Program-made: the position numbers and the translations under genes
Notes under the pieces: generated by a model
Databases searched by the model: none
Told to the model about the DNA's origin: nothing
The model's input: only the letters and a program-made list of their open reading frames with translations
Virus record (IMG/VR): IMGVR_UViG_3300015607_004160
Direction: 5' to 3' (one strand)
Length of the DNA: 64,000 nucleotides
From: a virus
Taxonomy: Duplodnaviria; Caudoviricetes
In this document: positions 30,504 to 41,037 of the stretch, piece after piece
Layout: each line of letters opens with the position of its first letter
Numbering within the stretch: the first letter of the stretch is position 1

Positions 30504-31682
30504 TTACTTAAAGAATTGTGCGTTGGAATTTATTTTTTGAATATCTTCTGGTGAGAATAAATTTGGACTCTTTCTTACTACATCCATTAGTTCAGTATAG
30601 TTAGCTCTCGCCTCATCTATTCTACCTGTATAGTAACAAGCCGCTGCGTGAGCTTCTAATATTCTCCAAACATATAATGACTCATCAATAAAGAGTAATC
30701 TTTGTGGATAAGGATTCTTATTAAAGAAATTAACCTTACAGAATTTAGAGTATAAGTAAGCCATGTGCCATTCACCAACACTTAGATAATGATCAATTAT
30801 TAATTTAATAGACTCTGCTCTTAAGTTATCCATAGAATAAGCTTTGAGTAAAGCTTGATGTGTTTCATTCCATGGCATCTCCATCATTTTCATAATAGAA
30901 CCAATTCTTAATTGAGAGTAATACCTCTCTTCTTCATATCCATCAGTTCTATTTACCCTTTCTTGATAATATTTTAAAGCTCTTCTCCATCTCTCTTCAT
31001 TCTCTTCACGATTGTTTGGAACAGATGCTGAATCATGATATGATTGAGCAGTATAAAAAATCCATCTTGGATCACGATTAGTTTTATTAATATAGTCTTC
31101 AAGAATAGTCGCGTGACTTTTATATTTTTCAGAAATGTCACTCTTCCAGGATCCACCATCCATCTTAACAATTACTTCAACACCTTCCATTAATCCAGAT
31201 GTAACTTGTTCTTTGCCATCGTAGATGATAAATTCGTGAACAGGTCCATAAAATTTAAATGGCTTATCCAAACGATAAAATTCATTCCTTGTATATTTCA
31301 TTGCTCCAATAGAAGTGTTGAACATATATAAGTCCTTATCGCATTTTTCTTTATTGAAAGTTGGACCAACTACAAGTTGTTCATCAAAATCTAACCATAC
31401 TCCATAGTAAGTATGTCCATCTTTTTTACTAAGAAAAATTTCTCTAGCTTTATCTAAAGAATGGTTTCTTGAATTTTCAAAATTATCAAAGGGTCTAGGT
31501 ATAACATGAGTTTCAATTCCATTATCCTTTCCCCATTTTTCAACAATTTGTATTGAGTCATCTGTTGAACCCGTATCAACTACAACAATACCATCTACAA
31601 AATTTTTTATAGAATTTAACATCCTTTCAGCTACGTGAGCCTCATTTTTCATAATTTGAGTTAATATAATCTTAACAGCCAT
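30504..31682 (-). CDS. GT2 glycosyltransferase with TPR repeats
   Basis: IMKNE, VDTGSTD, NFENSRN, LDFDE (DxD), GPVHE; C-terminal TPR-like helices (PRWIFYTAQSY). Confidence 0.85.
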   Translation of the reverse strand: MAVKIILTQIMKNEAHVAERMLNSIKNFVDGIVVVDTGSTDDSIQIVEKWGKDNGIETHVIPRPFDNFENSRNHSLDKAREIFLSKKDGHTYYGVWLDFDEQLVVGPTFNKEKCDKDLYMFNTSIGAMKYTRNEFYRLDKPFKFYGPVHEFIIYDGKEQVTSGLMEGVEVIVKMDGGSWKSDISEKYKSHATILEDYINKTNRDPRWIFYTAQSYHDSASVPNNREENEERWRRALKYYQERVNRTDGYEEERYYSQLRIGSIMKMMEMPWNETHQALLKAYSMDNLRAESIKLIIDHYLSVGEWHMAYLYSKFCKVNFFNKNPYPQRLLFIDESLYVWRILEAHAAACYYTGRIDEARANYTELMDVVRKSPNLFSPEDIQKINSNAQFFK

Positions 31683-31725
31683 TTTAAATCTTATTTTTTA
31701 TTTATATGAATCCTTAAAATTAAGT

Positions 31726-31956
31726 TTAGAAATCATATTTATTTATATCCATGTTTACCTCTTTAACTGAATACTCAGTAGTAGTTTTTTGATAACCATC
31801 TATTTCAATTATCATATCTTTGGTGACCTTTACTCTAATATTTTCAAAATTGTCAAATATTAATTGACATGCATTATAGACTTTTTCTTCCATTTCAAAC
31901 ATTTCCATATCACTATCAAAAGACATATCAATTGTTATATTAAACTGTGATGGCAT
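31726..31956 (-). CDS. Hypothetical protein
   Basis: Start reassigned to MPSQF to reduce overlap with rmlA. Confidence 0.55.
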   Translation of the reverse strand: MPSQFNITIDMSFDSDMEMFEMEEKVYNACQLIFDNFENIRVKVTKDMIIEIDGYQKTTTEYSVKEVNMDINKYDF

Positions 31957-32817
31957 ATTGTTCAATAATTTTTTTAAGATATTCACCATATCCACTTTTA
32001 TGCATGGAGTCTGATATCTTTTCTAGTTGCCACTCATTTATAAATCCATTTCTATAGGCAACTTCTTCTATACATCCTATTTTATTACCTTGACGCTTTT
32101 CAATCACACGAACAAATTCACTAGCATCACTTAAAGAATCAAATGTTCCAGTATCTAACCAAGCAGTGCCTCTATCTAAAACCGATACTTTTAATTTACC
32201 TTGTTGTAAATACGCCTTATTAACATCTGTTATTTCATATTCACCTCTTGCAGATGGCTCAAGATTTTTTGCAATCTCAATTACACTATTATCATAAAAA
32301 TATAAACCAGGAACAGCATAATTAGATTTTGGCTTTTTTGGCTTTTCCTCAATAGACTTAACCTTCATATTTTTATCAAAATCAACCACCCCATATCTTT
32401 GTGGATCGGAAACATGATAGGCAAAAACGCATCCACCATCAACATCAGTTAGTTTTTTTAATTGGCCTTCCATTTCTGCACCATAGAAAATATTATCACC
32501 TAATATTAAAGCAACACTATCACTACCTATGAATGATTCACCAATAGTAAAAGCATGAGCTAATCCATCTGGCACATGCTGAATAGCATATTCAAATTTA
32601 CATCCCAATTGACTACCATCACCTAATAATCTTTTGAAGTTTTCATTATCTTGTGGTGTAGTTTAATAAGTATCTCACGAATACCCGCCATCATCAATGT
32701 AGATAATGGGTAATATATCATTGGCTTATCATAAATAGGCATTAATTGCTTACTTATTGCCATTGTTATGGGATAAAGCCTGGTGCCACTACCTGCAGCA
32801 AGTATAATTCCTTTCAT
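31940..32817 (-). pseudogene. rmlA: Glucose-1-phosphate thymidylyltransferase, split by a 1-nt deletion near 32663 (pseudogene or sequence error)
   Basis: [31 protein letters not shown] continues in another frame as [43 protein letters not shown]. Confidence 0.9.
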
Positions 32818-33926
32818 TATTTTTTAAATTCTGTTTTATCATTTGATATGTAAAAGTTATCGAATTTGTAATGTTTATCATAGATATCTCTTATTTGTTT
32901 AAATGTTACATCTTCAATAATATCACTAACTGAAAATTCTTTTGGATCGATCCACTTTCTTACACTCATGTATCGGTTAATCTTTTCTTTTTTCTTTTGT
33001 ATAATGTATCCTTCTTTAATTGTATCAAATCTTTCCTTTAGTAAATATTTGCTAGGATTGTTGATAATTTTCTTCACACAATCCACAACTTGTTCTACAT
33101 TCTTATTAGAAGTTTGTGTAGAAATAGCCGATAATCCTTGCTTATTTACTCTAGATAGATAGCAATGAACATAATAAACAAGACCTCTCTTTTCTCTAAT
33201 TTCACTATAAAGTGGAGATTGCAATCCACCACCGATCATTTCATTAATAATTTTGATGTAACCAAAATCTTCATTAATAACAGGAGATAAAATTGAGATA
33301 GATGTCTTGTCCTTAAAATCATTATTTAACTCTAAAGGAACATCATGACTACCGTATTCTAACTTCTTATCAATTTTTAAATCAGAAAATACGACACCAT
33401 CATGTTTAAATTTTTTCTTATTTGATACGTTAATGATCTTTGTTGGATTCATATATTGTAATTCAAAAAATTTGATACAATCCATGAATTTTAAATTTTC
33501 TAGATCGGATCTTAATCCAATTGCATCATAATCACCAAATAATTTTCTCGACAAATTCAACATATGTGAGTTTGTCTGGTCATTAAATGTGTCTGAGTAT
33601 TCTTCAAGAATAATTTGCCTTTCATTTTCAAATTGCTTCTTAGTAATATTAAACTCAGCCATTCTATCTACTAAGATAGTTCTATATTTAGATAAGTTTT
33701 CTTCTAATCCTGTAAAATAAAAAACGATTTCATTAGAAGATGTATAAGCGTTCCAATCAATTCCTTCCCTATCAAAATCATCTCTAAGATCATCAAACAA
33801 TTTACACATTAGATGTTCCATAAGATGACTAATTCCATACCATCCTGGTTTTTCAATATTAGTTGATCCCTCATAGACAATATAAAATCCAGAAAAATCT
33901 GTTGGGCTTTTTAAATTTATAATCAT
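32817..33926 (-). CDS. M16 family zinc peptidase
   Basis: GISHLMEH (HxxEH), [26 protein letters not shown]. Confidence 0.9.
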   Translation of the reverse strand: MIINLKSPTDFSGFYIVYEGSTNIEKPGWYGISHLMEHLMCKLFDDLRDDFDREGIDWNAYTSSNEIVFYFTGLEENLSKYRTILVDRMAEFNITKKQFENERQIILEEYSDTFNDQTNSHMLNLSRKLFGDYDAIGLRSDLENLKFMDCIKFFELQYMNPTKIINVSNKKKFKHDGVVFSDLKIDKKLEYGSHDVPLELNNDFKDKTSISILSPVINEDFGYIKIINEMIGGGLQSPLYSEIREKRGLVYYVHCYLSRVNKQGLSAISTQTSNKNVEQVVDCVKKIINNPSKYLLKERFDTIKEGYIIQKKKEKINRYMSVRKWIDPKEFSVSDIIEDVTFKQIRDIYDKHYKFDNFYISNDKTEFKK

Positions 33927-34019
33927 AAAAAAATATATTTTGTTTTTTATAGTCCTAAATTTAAAAATTGTTTACTTAAAAAATTAGATACAGAAACTAC
34001 ATATGTTTATATATAACAT

Positions 34020-34799
34020 ATGGAAAAATGGTATGTATATAAACACATAAGAATAGATAAAAATCAAGTTTTTTATATTGGAATAGGATCATCTCCGAAT
34101 TTTGCAAGAGCTTATAGTAAAGATGACAGAAATGATATATGGAAAAAAATAACAAATAAAACGGATTACAAGGTTGAAATTTTATATGAAAATATTTCAT
34201 TTGATGATGCAAAAGATAAAGAAATTCAACTTATTAAAGAATATGGAAAAATTAAAAATGGTGGAACCTTATCCAATATGACAGATGGGGGTGATGGTAT
34301 ATCTGGTTATATACATACGGATGAAACAAAAAAAGTTATAAAAGAAAAAAGAAAATATCAAGTTTTTTCACAAGAAACAAAAGATATATGGTCCAAAAAT
34401 AGAATGGGTAACAAAAAGGCTTTTGGTAAAAAACACTCACCTGAAAAAAATAAAAATAAATCAATAAATCAAAGAGGTAAATTTGGTGGAATAATAATTA
34501 GGACAGATGAAAAAGGAAACTCCATAGAATTCATGGGAATAAAAAATGCTGCTGAATCAATAGGTGTAAGTTATAAAGATATATGGTATGCTTGTATTAA
34601 AAGACACGGTAAGATATATAAAGGATTCTATTGGATGTATAAAGATACAAGGCAACTAAAAAACAATGATGTAATAACAGAAGAATTCTTATATCAAGAG
34701 TATGTTGTTGGTAAAAAATCTGGTGATAAGATAGGAAAGGAATTAAATTGTTCCGGAAATAAAATATATAGACTATTAAAGAAATATAACCTAATGTGA
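34020..34799 (+). CDS. GIY-YIG homing endonuclease with NUMOD3-like repeats
   Basis: YVYKH..FYIGIG..RAY, E..LIKEYG, LSNMTDGGDG, HTDETK, GKKHS. Confidence 0.85.
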   Translation: MEKWYVYKHIRIDKNQVFYIGIGSSPNFARAYSKDDRNDIWKKITNKTDYKVEILYENISFDDAKDKEIQLIKEYGKIKNGGTLSNMTDGGDGISGYIHTDETKKVIKEKRKYQVFSQETKDIWSKNRMGNKKAFGKKHSPEKNKNKSINQRGKFGGIIIRTDEKGNSIEFMGIKNAAESIGVSYKDIWYACIKRHGKIYKGFYWMYKDTRQLKNNDVITEEFLYQEYVVGKKSGDKIGKELNCSGNKIYRLLKKYNLM

Positions 34800-35587
34800 T
34801 TAAAATAAAATATTTAGAATTTTTAAAAGAACACAAATTTTGGGGCAAATCTATTTCAGAATTTTTAAGTTGGTTAGATTCAAAATCTAACAAATATTTC
34901 ACAATTTTAGATTGTGAAAGCACAGGATTGCCAAGTGATCCATATGATATACAATTAACACAAGTTTCTTGCTTAGTTGTAAAATATAATTCTAAAACAA
35001 ATACATTCGAAGAGATTGATTCCTTTGATAAAAAAATTAAATTAACATCAGATACTATTTCACTGATGAAGAATCCTAATTCCAGGATAGCAAAAGTTTT
35101 ATCATTTAATCACTATGGTAAATCTGGATTAAAATATCATGAAGAAAAGAATGTACTATCTGAGTTTTTTGATTTTATTTCACAATATGACAGGCCGATG
35201 TTAGTAATTCAAAATGCTGAATTTGATATGAGGTACCTTAATATTAGAAATCCAATAGTCAAATTTGATAATGAGGTTTTAGATACAAAACAAGTTTTAC
35301 AACTATTTTATTTACCAACTTTACAGAAATTGGCTGAAACAGATGAACAAAGTGCTAACACAGTTAGTAAAATTGGAACATCCGAGAGAGATAATGGACT
35401 AATTTCTTCATCTATGGGTAAAATCGGCCCAGCACTTGGTATTAATATGACAGGATACCATGATGCACTTACTGATTGTAGATTGGCAATGCAGATGCTA
35501 CAAAAAATAGTTGATTTCTTAAAAGAGAATAAAGAAGTTGATATAAAGAAATATCAAGGTGAAAGAATAAATACTAAGAGACAGTAG
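34796..35587 (+). CDS. DEDDh 3'-5' exonuclease (DnaQ-like) with N-terminal tag
   Basis: ILDCESTG, QNAEFD, HDALTD; MIKIKYLEFLKE. Confidence 0.85.
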   Translation: MIKIKYLEFLKEHKFWGKSISEFLSWLDSKSNKYFTILDCESTGLPSDPYDIQLTQVSCLVVKYNSKTNTFEEIDSFDKKIKLTSDTISLMKNPNSRIAKVLSFNHYGKSGLKYHEEKNVLSEFFDFISQYDRPMLVIQNAEFDMRYLNIRNPIVKFDNEVLDTKQVLQLFYLPTLQKLAETDEQSANTVSKIGTSERDNGLISSSMGKIGPALGINMTGYHDALTDCRLAMQMLQKIVDFLKENKEVDIKKYQGERINTKRQ

Positions 35588-36434
35588 CTTTAATATCACC
35601 TGTAGTAACAACTATAGCTTTTAATTCAAATTTTAATAACATATTTACTATAATATCATCAAATTGACTTTGAGATAATGAGAGTAATTTTTCCTTCTCT
35701 ATAGGTGTGCCATGTCTTTCGCTAGAATATAAAGATCTTCTAGAAGGTGATAATTCTTTTAATTCACTAAATAGATTATCAGAGTCAATGTATATCTCAT
35801 TAATATCTTTATCAAAAAAGAAGTTTTTTATTATTTTTTCTTTTTGTTCTTCAGTAAAATCTAAACTATACATACTAGTTACTCTGCCGAAGATACATAA
35901 ATGAATGTATTTAAAAGATGTTAAAATAAAATCTTTAATACTTTTCATATTTTGTAAAATAGCTAACTTGCCATATCTAGTTTTATGCCATCCATATGAA
36001 AATCTAATAACAAATTCATTGATCTCTGGATCCGGGTCATCCATTTGGCGAAGATCCCATTCATATCCTTGTAAAGGAAACTCTTCATTTGTTATCTTAT
36101 ATAAATAATAATCAATAGCTGCTGTTCTACTAATATTTTCCCTTTCTATTTTTTCTGTGAAATTTGAAACACCATCAACCAACTGATTAACATTTTCTAA
36201 GTCCCATCCATTTTCAGACATATATTCATTTATCTCACTAAAATCTATCTCTGGGTCTAAATCACCTCTATTTTCTTGAGAAACATAACTATAACTACTA
36301 TATGCTCTACTATTTGAATTATGACTAAGGTAATCTTGGCAATCTATTAAAGTTTCACAAAAAATTTTGAAAGCTCTTTCACTAGATAACTTAATAGTAA
36401 TACTCTCAAAGAAAGATTGGTATTTTTTAATCAT
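35574..36434 (-). CDS. Hypothetical protein with N-terminal tag
   Basis: MIKKYQSFFES; late motif at 36439-36447. Confidence 0.75.
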   Translation of the reverse strand: MIKKYQSFFESITIKLSSERAFKIFCETLIDCQDYLSHNSNSRAYSSYSYVSQENRGDLDPEIDFSEINEYMSENGWDLENVNQLVDGVSNFTEKIERENISRTAAIDYYLYKITNEEFPLQGYEWDLRQMDDPDPEINEFVIRFSYGWHKTRYGKLAILQNMKSIKDFILTSFKYIHLCIFGRVTSMYSLDFTEEQKEKIIKNFFFDKDINEIYIDSDNLFSELKELSPSRRSLYSSERHGTPIEKEKLLSLSQSQFDDIIVNMLLKFELKAIVVTTGDIKATVS

Positions 36435-36448
36435 ATTCTATATATTAA

Positions 36449-37405
36449 TTAAAACTTTCTGTTTTTTAAATATTTAATAAAATTAAAATTATCTTCTAGA
36501 TTATCAATCATATTCATAGTTATTCTTATATCCGCTATATCATTTAAACCCAAACCATTTTGAAAAATGTGTTCCGAAGCATCTTTTGAATGATTACTAA
36601 TAACAGTTTTGTTGTGAATACCACTTACATTAAAAAATTTATGTAAAATTAACCCAGTTTTTAAACCAACATTATCATTATCACAAAAGATAACAATTGA
36701 TTTTGGCTTCTTTTCTAATAATTTATATAACTGAATACCTGACCACATTGCACTTGATACAGAGGCAGATTTTAATCCAATGCTCCTAAGTGCCATCATA
36801 TCAAATAACCCCTCTGTTATCCAAACTTCCTCACCTGAAATATCATCTAACCCCCATACATCAATATCAGGACATGAAAGTGAATATTTTAACTTACCTA
36901 TATCTGATAACTTCCTGATTGCACAATTTATTAATTTATCATTTTTAAATAATGGAATTATTATACCCCCTCCTTCTATTCCATCTTCTAGAATAGGCTT
37001 TAGAACCGGATGACAAGTGGCGTTTAAAACTTCTAAATCTTTATAATCGGTAATTGATGATAATCCACCTATATACCATTGATCTATGATATTTTGTTTT
37101 ATTCCTCTATTTAGAAGATATTCTAGTTCTGTGCCAGACAAATTTAGATGAGATGATTTAACTACATTAGTTAAATTTTGTATGGCAATAGGTGTTACAT
37201 TAATGTCTTCACAATTTTCATCTACTTCATCTCTATTAATTTCAACAAATTTTTGACTATTAAATATTTTCTTATAGTGGTCTAATTTATTCTCAATATC
37301 GTTAAGCTTAAATGCATCTATATTGGTAGGAATGAAGTTTTTAACAACTCCATTGACACTTCTATTATTATAAAGTATAAATGATAATTCCTCTATTGTG
37401 TACAT
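36449..37405 (-). CDS. DNA primase-like TOPRIM protein
   Basis: YLLNRGI, IIIPL, KY, VWITEGLFD, IFCDNDNVG, KDASE; no N-terminal Zn-binding domain evident. Confidence 0.8.
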   Translation of the reverse strand: MYTIEELSFILYNNRSVNGVVKNFIPTNIDAFKLNDIENKLDHYKKIFNSQKFVEINRDEVDENCEDINVTPIAIQNLTNVVKSSHLNLSGTELEYLLNRGIKQNIIDQWYIGGLSSITDYKDLEVLNATCHPVLKPILEDGIEGGGIIIPLFKNDKLINCAIRKLSDIGKLKYSLSCPDIDVWGLDDISGEEVWITEGLFDMMALRSIGLKSASVSSAMWSGIQLYKLLEKKPKSIVIFCDNDNVGLKTGLILHKFFNVSGIHNKTVISNHSKDASEHIFQNGLGLNDIADIRITMNMIDNLEDNFNFIKYLKNRKF

Positions 37406-37435
37406 AATAGTGATATAAAATATAATTATGTATGT

Positions 37436-37996
37436 TTATTGAATTGTAATTTTTAATTGACTTTCTCCCTTATTAATGTATTCACTATCTGATACAAATA
37501 TTTCCTTTTTTGTGAAATTTTTTAAACGATTAATGATATGTATAGAATTAGTAAGTAACTTAGCATACTCTGGAATATTTATATAATTTTTAATAAAAAT
37601 ATTCATTGATTGATCTCTAAATTCGTATTCAATTTCATACCCCTCATCTAAATAACTCAACAGGCAATCTTCCATTTCATAAAATCTAGGAAATCCTTCC
37701 ATTGCTACACTTATTAATTGAAATAATTGTATTAAGGTTTCTCTTAATTTATAATAAATTCCATCCTCTTCTAATTTACCCTTTACCTCTTTGTAGATTT
37801 TATCAATATTATCTTCTTCCAACTCTATAGATAGCCCAATTTCAGGTAAAATAAGTTCTATCTTTCCTATATTTAGTAATATGTCAGACTGAATATTAAC
37901 AGAAAACCACCTAAACGATAAAACTTCCTTTATCATATCCCTTGTTATAAGTTCTTGATTTTCAGACTCATTAAATTTACTCCACTTTAGTATCAT
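37436..37996 (-). CDS. Hypothetical protein with N-terminal tag
   Basis: MILKWSKFNES..EMEDCLLSYLDEGY; late motif at 38001-38009. Confidence 0.75.
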   Translation of the reverse strand: MILKWSKFNESENQELITRDMIKEVLSFRWFSVNIQSDILLNIGKIELILPEIGLSIELEEDNIDKIYKEVKGKLEEDGIYYKLRETLIQLFQLISVAMEGFPRFYEMEDCLLSYLDEGYEIEYEFRDQSMNIFIKNYINIPEYAKLLTNSIHIINRLKNFTKKEIFVSDSEYINKGESQLKITIQ

Positions 37997-38011
37997 ATAC
38001 TATATATTAAT

Positions 38012-38043
38012 TTTGTTTATTTAGGAAATATTTCGTATCTTTG
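38012..38043 (+). promoter_or_regulatory. Bacteroidota-type early promoter
   Basis: TTTG(38012)-N20-TATCTTTG(38036-38043). Confidence 0.8.
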
Positions 38044-38060
38044 TGTATAAATTATTGACT

Positions 38061-38687
38061 ATGATTAAAGTAGGATTAACAGGTAATGTTTGCTCAGGAT
38101 ATGAGAAAGTAGGATTACACTTTAAATCACTCGGTGTTCCTGTTTTTGATGCGGATATTGCATTAAAATTTCTGATCAACTACCGTGAGGATATTATCCG
38201 TAATATTAAAATTCAATTCGGTGAAGGTATTTATGAAAAAGGTGCCATCAATCCAAATAAATTTAATACAACTGAAAAATTTGATAGATTAATTTCTGTT
38301 GCTGAATTAGAACTGATGCGTCTTTATGAGTCTTGGAGATTTTATAATAAAGATGCTTCATATACAATTTTCAAATCAAGTATTCTTTTTGAAAGAAAAT
38401 TAAATGATAGCATGAACTACATCATTTCTACTTTTAGACCAAGGGACGAAAGAGCCTTAAGCTTAACAAAACTTGGTATGAAAATGGCTGAAGCATACGA
38501 TGTTGTTGAATCTGAAATGGACGAACTTTTAAAGAATCAACGATCAGAATGGATTATTCATAACTATAGTGATTCATTATCATTGATTAGCCAAGTTAAA
38601 CAAATACACGAAAAAATTGAAGCAAAGTCTATTAAAAAGCTTCTAGATAATGCAGATTTTGGAACAGTTAGGAATATTTTTACTTAA
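38061..38687 (+). CDS. coaE: Dephospho-CoA kinase homolog with degenerate P-loop
   Basis: MIKVGLTGN..SG, LGVPVFDAD..K, FGEGIY, SSILFE, IIHN; Walker A Lys replaced (SGYEK). Confidence 0.75.
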   Translation: MIKVGLTGNVCSGYEKVGLHFKSLGVPVFDADIALKFLINYREDIIRNIKIQFGEGIYEKGAINPNKFNTTEKFDRLISVAELELMRLYESWRFYNKDASYTIFKSSILFERKLNDSMNYIISTFRPRDERALSLTKLGMKMAEAYDVVESEMDELLKNQRSEWIIHNYSDSLSLISQVKQIHEKIEAKSIKKLLDNADFGTVRNIFT

Positions 38688-38883
38688 CCTTTATCATAAA
38701 GTTTTTGCCTTGAGTGAACTTTTCCTCAAGGCAATCTAATGCTTTAGCGACTATTGCCCTATCTAAGTCATTAAAATGTGGTTTATCAAAGGAAGATTGA
38801 ACTGCACTTATCAATATATTTACTGCAGTTGTGGGGTCAATATCTTTCTCTAAGATATCTTTTACCTCTTGAAGTTTATCCAT
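38680..38883 (-). CDS. Hypothetical protein
   Basis: Start MDKLQ downstream of a late-like GATATATA. Confidence 0.65.
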   Translation of the reverse strand: MDKLQEVKDILEKDIDPTTAVNILISAVQSSFDKPHFNDLDRAIVAKALDCLEEKFTQGKNFMIKVK

Positions 38884-38903
38884 ATTATTATATATCAACA
38901 TTT

Positions 38904-38935
38904 TTTGTTTGTTTTTAAATAATTTTGTATCTTTG
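38904..38935 (+). promoter_or_regulatory. Bacteroidota-type early promoter
   Basis: TTTG(38904)-N20-TATCTTTG(38928-38935), only 5 nt before the ATG (near-leaderless). Confidence 0.75.
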
Positions 38936-38940
38936 TAATT

Positions 38941-39498
38941 ATGATTAAAGACTTTACAGGAAAAATCTACTCAATTAATGGGACTAATGATACAGGTGTA
39001 ACTAGTTTGAATGAACTATTAGTTACTATAACCTTTATCTTATATAAGCCCGGAACACAAAAACTCGCACTTGTAAAAGCAATTAAATTCGTTACAGGAT
39101 TAGGATTGAAAGATTCTAAAGATATTGTGGATGAATCATCAGATCATCCTGTTATGTTTAGGCAAAGGCTAACTTTAGGTCAACTTGATGAATTTAGAAA
39201 TAATCTATCAAGTACAGATGCTGAGTATGATTTGGATGATCGTGAAAGAATTCGTAATAAAAAGCTAATTGATTTAGGAGTTTGTGATAAATCAGACTTA
39301 GTTGAAGAATTGACCAATATGAATATACAAAAAGTATTCATTGGTGGATTTTCTACAAATAAATTACGCGATATCCTCATGGAAGCATATTCACACATTG
39401 ATGAGGATAAATTAATGGAAATTTACAGTAATTTCGAATATGATAATGATCACTTTAAAACTTATAATACTTATAACCCACCACTAAAACTTGATTAA
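38941..39498 (+). CDS. Ribosomal protein bL12 (L7/L12) C-terminal-domain-containing protein
   Basis: GTQKLALVKAIKFVTGLGLKDSKDIVD matches bL12 CTD KIAVIKAVRxxTGLGLKEAKDLVE. Confidence 0.8.
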   Translation: MIKDFTGKIYSINGTNDTGVTSLNELLVTITFILYKPGTQKLALVKAIKFVTGLGLKDSKDIVDESSDHPVMFRQRLTLGQLDEFRNNLSSTDAEYDLDDRERIRNKKLIDLGVCDKSDLVEELTNMNIQKVFIGGFSTNKLRDILMEAYSHIDEDKLMEIYSNFEYDNDHFKTYNTYNPPLKLD

Positions 39499-39501
39499 TA
39501 T

Positions 39502-40236
39502 ATGAAAGTACTTTGTATTAAAAATAACTCTAAGTTAGTTAAAGGGGCTACTTATGATGTCTTATCTATAAATACCCTTCAGCCAACAAACGGACCAACT
39601 GTTAGAACATCTGTTGGACTTTTTAGTGCTAACTACTTTAAATCAGTAGATAATAGCGACCTACCACAGATAAATTGGGAATCACCAGAATACACAAATA
39701 GTAAAAATGAAAATTCATCCTATATTAAAGACGTAAGAGGTCTCAAAAAAGGTGATATTGTAGTTTGTAAATGGGGGAGCAGTAAATTTTTTGAAAAGGG
39801 TAAGATGTATAAAATTAGTGATATTTTATACAAAGTAGAACAAAAAACAAACTATAACGGGCAACCATATAATAACATTGAGCAAAAAATAAAAATTGAG
39901 GGATATAACAGATGGTTAATGATTTATCGCTTTAGGGAATGTAACGCTCAAGAAAAAAGAAATATATCATTGAGTGGATTATTTGATGAAGAAGTAAAAA
40001 CCGTTGACTTAACAACCATCAAAAAATCAAGAAAAATTGACCGATTAGAAGATAGTGAAAAAAATCGTGTATTGCTATCTACACTTTTATCAGGTATTGT
40101 AGATCCATCTAGAAACACCTTATCAGCAACTGAGTGGGCGGCTCAAAAGAAGGGTAAAAATTATGATATAACCGAAAAAGATTTTAAACCATTACTTAAT
40201 AAAAAATTAAGTGATATAATTAAAATGTTTGATTAA
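39502..40236 (+). CDS. Hypothetical protein with two SH3-like modules
   Basis: KVLCI..LVKGATYDV and KKGDIVVC..FEKGKMYKI repeats. Confidence 0.7.
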   Translation: MKVLCIKNNSKLVKGATYDVLSINTLQPTNGPTVRTSVGLFSANYFKSVDNSDLPQINWESPEYTNSKNENSSYIKDVRGLKKGDIVVCKWGSSKFFEKGKMYKISDILYKVEQKTNYNGQPYNNIEQKIKIEGYNRWLMIYRFRECNAQEKRNISLSGLFDEEVKTVDLTTIKKSRKIDRLEDSEKNRVLLSTLLSGIVDPSRNTLSATEWAAQKKGKNYDITEKDFKPLLNKKLSDIIKMFD

Positions 40237-40242
40237 TGACTT

Positions 40243-41037
40243 TTGAAAATACATTTTAAAATAAACTATTATCCACCATTTGAATATAAAACCTCAATGG
40301 TGGATTTTATTTTAGAAAAACTTAATACATACAACGCTGACCCAGGATTTAAATTCGATCCTGTAAGACATCTATACACATACAACGGTGATAAATTCAT
40401 TTCAGTAACACAATTCATTTCTTTATTTCACCAAGATTTTGATGATGATTATTGGTCAAAGTATAAGTCTGAAGAAACTGGCAAGTCACAGGAAGAAATA
40501 TTAGCAGAGTGGAAGATTTTAAATGATAGAGCCAATGTTATTGGATCATCTACACACAATTGGATAGAAAATTACTTCAATAAAGTCTATCAAGAGATTC
40601 CAACAGATATAGATATAGTAGATAGAATAAACAAATTCAATGTTGCTTATGTTAAATATTTATATAAGTTAACCCCAATAAAATTTGAACAACGGATTTT
40701 CTCTAAAAAATGGAAAATAGCCGGAATGATTGATTCCTTATTTCTGTATAAAGATAAGGTTATAATGATAGATTGGAAAACCAATAAACTATTTACAGAT
40801 GATGATCACTACAAAGGTAAATTTGAAAAGTTACTACCACCATTTGATAATTATTGGAAAAATCATTATAATGAATATTCTATTCAAGTTTCATTATATA
40901 GATTGATACTTAGAGAAATTGGCATTGATGTGAAAGCTTGTTATTTACTACATATTGGTCCCGATGGTGAGGCAAAGATGCATACAGCTAGAGACTTCAC
41001 ATCAATATTAGAAACACATTTAAATAGTTTAGTTTAA
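40243..41037 (+). CDS. PD-(D/E)xK exonuclease (RecB/Cas4-like)
   Basis: SVTQ, GSSTHNWIE, IAGMIDSL, IDWKT, YSIQVSLY; start uncertain. Confidence 0.8.
   Translation: MKIHFKINYYPPFEYKTSMVDFILEKLNTYNADPGFKFDPVRHLYTYNGDKFISVTQFISLFHQDFDDDYWSKYKSEETGKSQEEILAEWKILNDRANVIGSSTHNWIENYFNKVYQEIPTDIDIVDRINKFNVAYVKYLYKLTPIKFEQRIFSKKWKIAGMIDSLFLYKDKVIMIDWKTNKLFTDDDHYKGKFEKLLPPFDNYWKNHYNEYSIQVSLYRLILREIGIDVKACYLLHIGPDGEAKMHTARDFTSILETHLNSLV

Noticed and set aside
32655-32670. Programmed -1 frameshift in rmlA
   Set aside because: Slippage would place a TAA in frame; no slippery heptamer or stimulatory structure.
40243-41037. Cas4-like nuclease as part of a CRISPR-Cas system
   Set aside because: No array or other cas genes and no Fe-S cysteines; a typical stand-alone phage exonuclease.
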